Below are positions 26,401 through 38,400 of a stretch of 64,000 bases of DNA, one piece after another; within the stretch, counting starts at the first letter, position 1; the number at the start of each line of letters is the position of its first letter. The notes under the pieces were generated by a model. The model was given only the letters and a program-made list of their open reading frames with translations, did not search any database and had not been told where the DNA came from. The DNA comes from Vicugna vicugna. Lineage: Eukaryota. The DNA lies in assembly GCA_013265495.1 (NCBI GenBank), contig MU058384.1:2579010-2643009 (forward strand). Reading direction: 5' to 3'. Both the position numbers and the translations under genes were made by a program.

Positions 26401-29400
26401 AAAAGAAGAGCAAAACACCTAAAAGTCAGCAGAAGGAAGGAAATAATAACGATCAGGGAGGAAATAAATAAAATAGAGATTAAAAAAAAAACAAACAGAA
26501 AAACTCAATCAAACCAAAAGCTGGTTTTTTGAAAGAGTAAATAAAATGGACAAACCTCTGGCCAAACTCACAAAGAAGGAAAAAGAGAGACCACAAATAA
26601 GCAAAATAAGAAAGGAAAATGGAGAAATTACAGCAAACAACATAGAAATACAGAATATCATACAAGAGTATTATGAAAAACTATATGAAACCAAAATGGA
26701 TAACTTAGAGGAGATGGACAAGTTTCTGGAAACATACAGTCCACTGAATCAAGAAGAAACCGATCAGTTGAACAAACAGATCACTAGAAATGAAATCGAA
26801 TGAGCAATAAAAAACCTCCCTACAAATAAAAGTCCAGGACTGGACAGCTACACTGGGGAATTCTACCAAATATACAAAGAAGAACTCATACCAGTCCTTC
26901 TCAAACTCTTCCAGAAGATTGAAAAAAAAGGGAATACTCCCAAACTCATTCTATGAAGCCACCATCACTCTGATGCCAAAACCAGGCAAAGACACCACCA
27001 AAAAAGAGAATTACAGACCAATATCACTGATGAACATAGATGAAAAAATCCTTACCAAAATACTAGCAAATAGAATCCAACAGCACATAAAAAAGATTAT
27101 ACATCATGACCAAGTGGGGTTCATCCCAGGGACACAAGGCTGGTTCAACATAAGCAAATCAATCTATGTAATACATCACATCAAAAAGAGAAAGGACAAA
27201 AACCACATGATCATCTCAATCGATGCAGAAAAAGCATTTGATAAAATTCAACACCCATTTATGATAAAAACTCTCACCAAAGTGGGTATAGAGGGAACAT
27301 ATCTCAACATAATAAAAGCTCTATATGACAAACCTACAGGCAGCATAGTACTCAACAGTGAAAAACTCAAGTTTCCCACTAAAATCTGGGACAAGACAAG
27401 GCTGCCCACTATCACCACTCCTATTCAACATAGTCTTGGAAGTCCTAGCCACAGCAATCAGGCAAGAGAGAGAAATAAAAGGGATTCAAATTGGAAAAGA
27501 AGAGGTAAAAGTGTCACTATATGCCAATGACATGATACTATATATAGAAAACCCTAAAAGGTCCACACAAAAACTACTAGAGCTGATCGAAGAATTCAGC
27601 AAGGTAGCAGGTTATAAGATTAACGTTCAAAAATCAGTTGCATTTCTTTACACTAACGATAAAGCAACAGAAAAAGAAAGTAAAGAAACAATCCCCTTTA
27701 AAATAGCACCCAAAGTAATAAAATACTAGGAGTAAATCTAACCAAGGAGGTGAAGGACTTATACACGGAAAACCATAAAACACTGATGAAGGAAATTAAA
27801 GAAGACTTAAAAAAATGGAAAGATATCCCATGCTCCTGGATTGGAAAATCAATATTGTTAAAATGGTCACACTGCCCCAAGGCAATCTACAGATTTAATG
27901 CAATCCCTATCCAATTACCCAGGACATATTTCACAGAACTAGAATAAATCATAATAAAATTTATATGGAACTATCAAAGACCTAGAATTGCCAAAGCATT
28001 ACTGAAGAGAAAGAAAGAGGCTAGAGGAGTAACTCTCCCAGACTTCAGACAATATTATGGAGCTACAGTAATCAAGACAGCATGGTATTGGTACCATAAC
28101 AGACATATGGACCACTGGAACAGAAGAGAGAGCCCAGAAATGGACCCACAAACTTTTGGTCAACTAATCTTCGACAAAGGAGGCAAGAATATACAATGGA
28201 ATAGACAGTCTCTTCAGCAAATGGTGTTGGGAAAACTGGACAGCAGCATGTAAAACAATGACGCTACAACACTCCCTTATACCATATACAAAAATAAACT
28301 CAAAATGGATCAAAGACTTAAACATAAGACAAGATACAATAAACCTCCTAGAGGAAAACATAGGCAAAACATTATCTGACATACATCTCAAAAATTTTCT
28401 CCTAGAAGAAATAAAAGCAAGAATAAACAAATGGGACCTAATGAAACTTACAAGCTTCTGCAAGGATCAAAGACTTAAACATAAGACAAGATACAATAAA
28501 CCTCCTAGAGGAAAACATAGGCAAAACATTATCTGACATACATCTCAAAAATTTTCTCCTAGAAGAAATAAAAGCAAGAATAAACAAATGGGACCTAATG
28601 AAACTTACAAGTTCTGCACAGCAAAGGAAACCAGAAGTAAAACAAAACGACAACCTATGGAATGGGAGAAAATTTTTGCAAATGAAACCGACAAAGGCTT
28701 GATCTCCAGAATATATAAGCAGCTCATATGACTCAATAAGAAAAAAATAAATCCAATCCAAAAATAGGCAGAAGACCTGAACAAGCAATTCTCCAAGGAA
28801 GACATACAAATGATCAATAGACACATGAAAAAATGCTCAATATCACTAATTATCAGAGAAATGCAAATCAAAACTACAATGAGGTATCACCTCACACCAG
28901 TCAGAGTGGCCATCATTCAAAAGTCCACAAATGACAAAAGCTGGAAAGGCTGTGGAGAACAGGAAACCCTCCTACACTGCTGGTGGGAATGCACCAGCAG
29001 AATGCACTGTGGAAAACAGTATGGAGATTCCTCAAAAGACTAGGAATAGACTCACCATATGACTCAGGAATCCCGCTCCTGGGCATATATCCAGAAGGAA
29101 CCCTACTTCAAAAAGACACCTGCACCCCAATGTTCATAGCAGCACTATTTACAATAGCCAAGACATGGAAACAGCCTAAATGTCCATCAACAGATGACTA
29201 GATAAAGAAGAGGTGGTATATTTATACAATGGAATACTATTCAGCCATAAAAACAACAACATAACGCCATTTGCAGCAACATGAATGTCCCTGGAGAATG
29301 TCATTCTAAGTGAAGTAAGCCAGAAAGAGAAAGAAAAATACCATATGAGATTGCTCATATGTGGAATCTAAAAAAACAAAATGAAACAAAACAGAAATAG

Positions 29401-32400
29401 ACTCATAGACATAGAATACAAACTTGTGGTTGCCAGGGGAACAGGGGGTGAGAAGGGACAGACTGGGATTTCAAAATGTAAAACAGATAAATAAGATTGT
29501 ACTGTGTAGCACAGGGAAATATATACAGGATCTTGTGGTGGCTCACAGCAGAAGAGAATGTGACAGTGAATGTATGTATGTTCATGTATAACTAAAAAAT
29601 TGTGCTCTACACTGGAATTTGACACAACATTGTAAAATGACTATAACTCAATAAAAAAAAAGTTAAAAAAAAAAGAATAGTTATCATTGCAAGACAGGAC
29701 AATTTTCCCATCATCTTAGAAGTAGCCAGTCATCATGAGATGCTTAGATGGAAAGTTGCCATATAATTTATCATATGAACTGCTTCCCTTTTGGAGAGTT
29801 AAACGGGTCCTAGCTAATTTTGCAGAGAAAACGGAGAAAACTAGGATGTGTGGTTCCCTTACTTAGAAGGGACTGCCCAGATGATATTTAGTTTTTAGAA
29901 AAGAGATACTGGCAGGAACAAAAGATATTGTTATAGTCATGTATCAAAATGAAGCTCGAGACCACAAAGAATAAGAAACGGGCTGTGTGAGGTACAGAGC
30001 TGAGTCATATAATTGTAAAGAAAAGAGGCTCAGCGTGAGGCCAGGGTAGTGCTGCCCTTTGGGGTGATTCTTTAGATGCCAGGGGACATAACCAGAGAAC
30101 AAGGATGCTTGTGACCAAGTGATGGGAACCTTCTCATGGCTGTGGCCATGATGCCCTTCCTCCCCGTCCTGTCTGGAGACCCCCGAGCGTCCCACTTTCC
30201 AGGCGCTCACCTCCACCAGGTGCGGCGCCACGAGGCTCCAGCAGCGCATCACGTGCAGCAGGGGCCGGGATTTGCTCCGCACGATCCTCAGCATGGCGTC
30301 CCCGAGGCGGAAGAGGTGGAGGGCACTTTTCCGGTCTTGGGTGGATTTCACTTCTCCTACAGGAAGGAAAGACCATATAAAAGCCATCAATCCCAAACTC
30401 AGAGACAGTCTGACCTGCTCAAGCACGGCGAGAGGATGAAAGTCAAAGAACCGTACTGGAACCAGCAGGATTATTTGGTGTGAATCTGCCAAGACAGGAA
30501 AGGAGCCTGGATTCGAGAAGGACCAGGTGGTTCGCTCAACAAGCGCAGGGTCCACCTCCCCTGTTCACTGTAGCATCCCTGGTGCCTGCCCGGACGAATG
30601 TGAGCAATGCCTGAAGATAAGGACGAATGACGTAGTGGCTAAGTAGGGGGACTGGGGAGTCAGGCTGCCTGGGCTCAAATCCAGGCTCCACCATTTAGTA
30701 TTTGGTTTACGATGGACCAGACGTTTACCTCTCCAGTCCAGTTTTTCACTGTAAAAGTGGGAATACAGTACCTACTTCCTACACTTGCTTCAAGGATGAA
30801 ATGTGAAAATCTTCATAAAATACGGAGCACAGGGCCCGGCACAGGCTCCCTGCCCCACACTCTTAGCTACACCCTTACTGTCGTTGTTGGCATCCTTCAC
30901 AGTCATCAGCCACTTAGCCAGTCCTTAATGGCACCTCCGAAGCCTTTGCCAAGCAGGTCAGGCTCCTGTGCTACCCAGTAACAGGCTCCCTAACCTGCTC
31001 TGTCTCGCTTCGGCACATTCCTCGCCTACTTGGATCTCTTGCTACTTCTTTGCCACCCTCGCCTCTGTCTTCTCCCTTCTTGCTCATGTGCTCCTGACGC
31101 TGAGCCTTATCAGGCTCTTCCCACCAGAAGGCGCCTTTCTAATTAGTCTCGCCGTATCAAGTCACTTCCAAATGACAGTAACAAAAATCACTGGCATTTA
31201 CTGAATGTTTACTCTGCATTAGACATTGTGTTGTTTCCTTGTGTCTTTAATCACTAATTTTGAAAGCAAACCTTAAGAAGTAAATGTAACCATTGCCATT
31301 TACAGATTAGAAAATGGAAGGCCAGGGAGGCGAACTGACCGGTCTAAAACGACACAGCTGGTAAGTGCTGAAGGCAGCACTTTAACTCATATCTGGTTGA
31401 TTCCAAAGCCAACGCTTCCTTCTCCTAGGTCTGCTGCCTCCTCCTGACCCTGCTCATTGCTTTTTGTAAGCTCAGGGTCTGATTTCTCTAAGCAGAAGAC
31501 TTTGAAGGTGGCCCTGGGGCTTAGAGATGCTCTGGAAGTTGGCTGGGTCTGGGAGTTGGCTTTCTACAGTTGAAGGTTTTAAAGTCTATTAAAGATGCAC
31601 AGAAAAGGACTATGGTTCTCAAATGAGAATCTGCAGTAAAAATCAAATGGCCAAATATACTTGTATGAGAAATTTCAGATTCCATGACGGAAGGGACCTC
31701 AGAGGCTATGCATTTCAACCTGCCCTCACAGGGCATCCCTGGCAGACGGCTCTGTGATTGTCTGAATTCACGGGACAAGGTCCTCACTGTGAGGGCACAA
31801 CAGCCCTGGCTGCTGATGGACAACTGCTGCTATGAGTGACCTACCACCTGCTTGGAACCCTTGGGTGATTCAGGACAACTCTGCTCCCTCTTCCATGCAC
31901 TGGCTTTGAAAACCGCCTTCATCTGGGCTCATCTGTGAAGATGGTGATACTGACCCATCGTTAAAGGGACACACCCTGAGAGCAGTGCTTCTGAGAGTGA
32001 CATGAGACTTCTGTGGAGACTTTCATTTTGCTCTCCCAGGCCTTTCTGGAACTGAAGCTGCTTCTGCAAGCAGCTGGACGAAGGCGGGTGTGTGGTGTGT
32101 AATACAGGGAAGGGCTCCCGCCTCATGTGACACTATCTGCACCCCGAGGAGCCACATCGTTTCTGTAGCACAAGGACCAAACTGAGCAGAACCACCCAGC
32201 CCAGCTCCAGGGTAACACCTGCAACAGTGGAGGCAGCAACGTTTCCATTCACAAAGAGTTAACACTCCTCCCACCCCCCACGGGTGATGCCTCAACACTA
32301 GAGGACAAATCTGCACTTGGACTTAGGTGACCAGGCTGACCATGTGCAAAGAGAACGGGGGTTCAAGTCTTCAGGCAGGTTGCTGGTATCAGAGATCTGG

Positions 32401-35400
32401 GCTGTTTCCTGCTAACCTTGCGGCACAGTTTCTGCAGGGAAAGCATTACCTGGCATTGCCAGGGAGTAATCCACTGTCTCTGTAACGGAGTGGAAGAGCT
32501 GGGACTGTGATGCTCGCTTCAGCTGGTAAAGGAAACCGCCTAAAGCCATGAGGTTCAATTTATCTGTTGCATCTTCGAAGAGCCTGGACAAAACAAAAAG
32601 ATTTGTTACTTAGAAATGATTCAGCCAAGTCTTTATGACAGAGTGATTATGGTAACTTTGTTAGATGTGATTAAGGAAAACACTGGGTAAACACTATAAA
32701 GAAATGTATGGTATTATTATATCTACTATTACTGAGTATAAGTCTGCTCTAACTATGCGATTTTAATCTGAAGGGCACAGACCACATTTAAAAAAAGCTT
32801 TGTAGCCCCGAGCTGGGCACTCATAAAACATTTGGCAAGAAGATGAAAGATGGCAGAGCATTGTTTTCAGAAACTGAAGAACTGGGAATGGAATCCTTAC
32901 AATTAGCTTCAATTATAGAAGCTAAGTTAAAGAAAAACCCCGTAAATGAATTAGGGCTTTTGTTGGGCTACAACTGCTGGGAATAACTCTGGGCTTGGCT
33001 CTCGGGAGGAAACAGAAACACTGTAAACTTGACCTGCAAACCCCCCAGGGACAGGGACTGGTCTCATCTCCTCTGACTCATACACCCCGAGCCTTGGGTG
33101 CGAAGCTCGTGTATCTACTGGAATAATGAATGTTCCCTAACATAATGGAACTTGCAGGTTCTTTTCGTTTTCCACCCTGCTGGGCACAGACATTTGTGAA
33201 AGGGGTTAGGAAGAAGGAGGTGTGCACAGGTAGCAGGGCTTGGAGGAGGACCAGAGGGTCCTTGGAAATCGGAATGCTGGAATCAAATACCAGTTTACAT
33301 GGCACATGAGGAAGGAATCGAGCCAGCCTCCCTCTGCTTCCTCTGATCTTGGGTCTTCCCAACGCCTGTCCTCCAAATCCATGGTGACATCAGGAGGCAA
33401 GCAGCCCAGAGGGTGCCATGTGCTGGGTAAGGGAGGGAGCCTCGAGTAGAAATTGAATAACCAGTCCCTTTGGAAGGGGTCACATGGGGCACACAAGTTT
33501 TCAGATGGGAATCAATGGATTAATCATTCACAAATTATTGAAACAAATATATTTTTCTTGTGGTTTTGTAATTCCAACTTTAACACCATCTGGATTCTGG
33601 GTGCCATGAATCACTTCTTCCTCTTTCATGGTAGGAAAATGGTGGTGAATATTATAACCCACCTGACACCTGTATACCACCTCCCAGATTCCAAAACACT
33701 TTCACAGCCCCCTTGTTGGATAAACAGGAGAAAGGAATTATTGTCTGAGTCAGCAGATGGTAAAACTGAGTCTCAGTGCAACTATCTGCACAGACACGAC
33801 CCTGTAGTTCGTTGGTGTCAAAGCCAGGAAAGAACTCAGATCTTCTGAGCCCAGCCAGTGAGTGTTCCACCCACATGTCCACCCCTTTGCTGTCCATCTT
33901 CCCGTACGAACTTCACTGTGCCTGTACTGGGTCATCTGGGACAGTGTGGAGAGTGAAGTGTGGTCTGCATGTGAAGGTGACCAAAAGCACTTTCCACATC
34001 AAAAAGTGCCACTAAACCCCTGGAGTTACTAAACAGTCTCCATCTCCACCTTAACGGGGTTGTTGGGCATCAAATAGGAGTTTGTACCCACTACTATATA
34101 TAAAAGGTAAATAACAAGGACCTCTTCTATAGCACAGGGAACCATATTCAGTATCTTGTAATAACCTATAATGGAAAAGAATCTGCAAAAGGATATACAT
34201 CGGAAACACTGTAAACCAACTATACTTCAATTTAAAAAGAGAGAAAAAGAGAATATGTCACACCCTCGAGTGTAGGATTTTAAAATATTATCACGAAAAT
34301 AGTCACTGTTTACTAATTGTCAAGCTCTGACCTAACTGCCTCAAACATACTAATTTAACCTTATGGCTACCCTGGGAGAGTTACTTCATGACCCTATTTG
34401 AGATCAGGGCCCAGGGAGGGGAAGAGGCTGGAAGTCACAGAACAGGTGCAGAGCCTCCACCCAGGGGAGCCTGCCCTGCAGCCTCCAGCCTTGGCCACCA
34501 GGCAACCGTTCATGCTAAGTGTGCAGGGTGATGGGAGACAAAGATGTGCTTGAAAAAGAATACAGGGGGCTTCCATGACTTGCTAACAAATCAAGGTGTC
34601 CTGAGAGTGATTTTGAGAGCAGAAGAGATGGGTGTGGTGTGGCCAGCAGGCGATGGGGGCTAGCCCTCCCGGGTGTGGGCAGAACGGGTGCGCACCTGTC
34701 GGCCTGGGTGGAGAGGGTGAGCACAACTTTGGCGGCGCTGCTCCCGGTCATGAGGCTACCCCCGCGGAAGTCGGAGGCCCGGCCTCGGCTGCCTTCCCGG
34801 ACGAGCTCCTGGATGGAGAGGGGCTGGATGACGGGGGCTGCGCACAGGGAGCTCTCCTGCTCCAGGCTCTGGTCCTGGGGCAAGCCCTCACACTCCAGGT
34901 CCCCGAGGAGTCCACCTCTGGGTGCCTTCTGGGGCTGGCTGATGGTCAGCGGGGGCTGAGAGGCGCCATCGCTGAAGTGGGTGTGCTCCAACGTGCCCAC
35001 ATACTCGCATACCCTAGAGAGAGTCACACACAGGCAGCCGTTGACAGACGCAGCTCGGCTGGGCCAGCTCTGTCAATCTCACAGTGAGATGCACAGGAAC
35101 TCAGCCAGCCTTCCAGTGCCCTGAAGTGTTTCCCCTTCCTCCAGTGATGGCTATCTCTCTCCCCACCTCCTACTCCCTCTCTCCTCATTATATGAATTTT
35201 TTTTTTTTTTGAGTTGGACCAGGCAGTCTGGAGGTGGGGTGAGGATTCCTCAGAGAAAGGAACAAAGCTCTGTTCATCCATGTACATTCTGTCCAGCACT
35301 GGCTTACTGGGACTTGGCCTGTTGGAGTGAGTTTTCCCAAGAGGTCCGGCTTCCTGCTTTCTAGTTGCTTTAGTTAGGACTCGGGAACATCTCCCTACTC

Positions 35401-38400
35401 TGGGATCCCAGAATGAGTGTGCATATGGCGGACTGGCCCTCTGGCCACAATGGGCCCTCACTCAGGGGTTCCGCCCAGCATATTCCACTGGGTGCTGACA
35501 GCTCCATGTAACCACTACTGGGCTGGAGGGCAGGGTAGTCACTTAACTACAGCAAATTCAGAGAAGAGTCACAACATATGGTACAACTGCCAGCTTCTAA
35601 ACTGTTTGTTCCCAATAGGACGTGGGACTAAGATGGTTCATATGAGGCCCCTCATCCCTGATTGAGTCCGGTTACCAGTAAAGACCGTCCTGGATAATCC
35701 ACTCTGATGTTACATAATCAGGCAATTTTTTGATTCCATATAAATTGCTTAGGTGCAATTTAAGTCTTTTTCTTTTCGCCCTGTTGCTTGTGAGAACAAT
35801 GGAAAACAGCAGGTCACCAGTCTCCATATTAAACCCATCGTGCTCCAGGCCAATTCATCCTGTCCCTTTCACACGTTCCCCTCAAGATGAGTGTTCAGCC
35901 CTAGAATGATCTGCGTGCTTCTCTCTTTGAAAGTCGACCAACCCTCATGGCTGTATTTGCTTTGAGGACATTAAACAGAACCGAGATCTGGCCAGTGCCC
36001 TGGGCAAGACCTGGATGCCCAATCCCTGCCATGGGCCGTCCTCCTGCTCCTGATTGCCCCACCACTACTCGGCCTGAACTGAGCTCTGTGCGAGGATGGG
36101 ATGTGTGCTGAGAAGGGTCAGAAAGTGGCAGCCGCCCTGTGCCTGCTCTGGGTGGACGGTGCTCCTCCTTTCCTCTGGGGTCTGCCCAACCGCCGATGCC
36201 TGGGGAGGCAGGATTTTCTCCTTGGTCATGGGGGGACCGTGGAGCTCTCACTTCGTTTTTATTTTATAGCTGCTGTGAGCTGTGCAATGGATTGGGAGGT
36301 TCTTTTCACTTTGATACTACAAAGCTAAGAACCAAATTTCTGGTCGTCTTTGGCACAGGTACTGTTTTATTTTTTCCCTTCATCCAGCTAAATTAAAAAT
36401 AGGCACCTTGTACTTTATTATGTGTCTGTGTCAGCTCTCAAAAATCCTTCCTTAAATAAAGAGGACATTCAGAAACATACAGTAATGTTATGTTGCTCAC
36501 AGACGATCAGCTTTTAGATCTGCACAATATTCACCTAACTTAAGTGGCTTTTACCATCCACTATTTAAGAATCAGTTTTTCAGGATGGGGAGGGTATAGC
36601 TCAGTGGTAGACAGTGTGCTTCGCATGCACGAGGTCCTGGATTCAATCCCTAGTACAGCACCTTCATTAAAAAATAAATAAATAAACCTAATTACCACCC
36701 CCCACAAAAAAAACCCAAATAATACGAAGAAAAAAGAATACACCTAAAAGAAAAGAATTGAAAAAAAAATTAAAGAACTGGTTTTTCTTACCTGGGATAA
36801 CATATCCACGTCTCACAGACAGTATCAAATGACACTTCACACTTCGCTAAATTCAGCCCTGTCACTCTGTTCTCCAAAACATGCATTCAGCTGGGCCCTG
36901 TAGTCCCTCTTCTCTTTTCAATCTCTCGTTTAGGGTTTATCCTAACTCTGAATTACTGTAATCTGTGTAAGTGCTGGCAGGTGCTGGAGTCTACCCCTTT
37001 CCCACAGCACCCAGGCCACCCGCTCCCACGGCAGGAGGGGTGCCCGGCCTGCAGGGTTGTGGATCTGTTGCGCACCTGAACACGTGTGGCCAGCAGTCTG
37101 GGTTGTGGCTTCCCATTTCCAGGCCGACGCTGAGGATGGCGTCCATGCACAGGACGTGGGCCGTGTGCAGCCATACCCCCTGCAGCTTCCCGATCTGCTC
37201 CAGCTTCTGCTCCACCTTCAGCTTCACTGTGCCGGAAAGACACTCGTCATAGTAACAGTCCAAGAGAGGGAGACAGAAAGGCAGGGAGGAAGGATGGAAA
37301 GGAAAGGATGTGCCGTTGTGCAAGGGCAAGAGGGAACGGGAGGTGTCGCTGGACATCATTGGGAGCAAGCTCCTCAGTGGCAGGTCCCCGAGGCTCATCA
37401 TGAAACTGCCCAGCCCTCAGCCCCACAGACATTGGTGACCCCAGCTCTGCGGTCCCAGAAATCGACGGATCCTGAGCTGAAGGTGCAGCTCTCCGGGCCC
37501 ATCCCTAGGATCTGAGTCAGTCACAGCAGTGACCACGGGCTTCATGTGCCAACCCAGCCAAAGCCATCTGTGCCCAGACACTTCCCCCACCCCGTGTACT
37601 CCTAGTGTTAATAAGAAAGAATTCCTGGCAGTCTGCAAGTCCTCTCTGAGCTTTAATGAATGTCAGGTCTTCATGATGATAATCACCTACAATGATTTAT
37701 GTAGGTCCATTCTGAGCGCCATGATGACTGCTTTATAACTGAGAATTCCCGTATCATTGCACTCCCTGAGTTTACATTTGTATTTGTGATCTTCAAACAA
37801 TACTTCTTAATTTGAGGTAACATATGAGAAAGGATGCAGAAGGTGACTTAAGAGGTCAATTACGCAAAATGCCAAGGCAAGGCCAAATCACAGCATCCTC
37901 CATGAATCAAGGTGTCCAGTCACTGGAAGATGGGTCTAGTGGGATAACTGAGTGATGGTCCAGAACCCAGTAACACAGCACGCTCCCTTCAGAGGAAGCC
38001 ACACTGTGCTCCTGCTGTAAAGGGCAGACTGACTTTTAGCAAAGTATCACTTGTCTCATGGATATGATATTGACTTTATTTTTTATTTGTCTATAATTTG
38101 AGTATTAGCTTTGGCTTGATCATTTTTGAAAAACATTAAATGTAAGCATTTTTATGTATATTATGGTACCCTTTCTCAGTTAATACTGGGGATGTGTGAG
38201 AGTTGCTTTGCTTTCAAATGGGTCTCTCTATATTACACAAGTTTGAGGTACAATGACTCAACTTATTTTTCTCCGTTAAAAACGTGCCAACTCTTTCTCT
38301 GACCACCTATTTTATATACCCGATACATTATTAGCACAAGTTGGACCAAGCTTCCCATGTTGCTTCTGTTTGCTGTCTGCCATTGTCTACACTTCTATTA

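Noticed and set aside
26152..29201. RT-like ORFs as an active or domesticated reverse transcriptase
   Set aside because: Fragments of one 5'-truncated L1 ORF2 with several frameshifts and stops and a YAND catalytic motif.
29944..30555. 203-aa ORF as a stand-alone gene
   Set aside because: It is exon M (30211-30356) extended by chance into both flanking introns.
36590..36665. tRNA-Ala gene (also at 23355, 24500 and 63645)
   Set aside because: Diverged stems, SINE tails and TSDs show these are SINE heads, not functional tRNAs.
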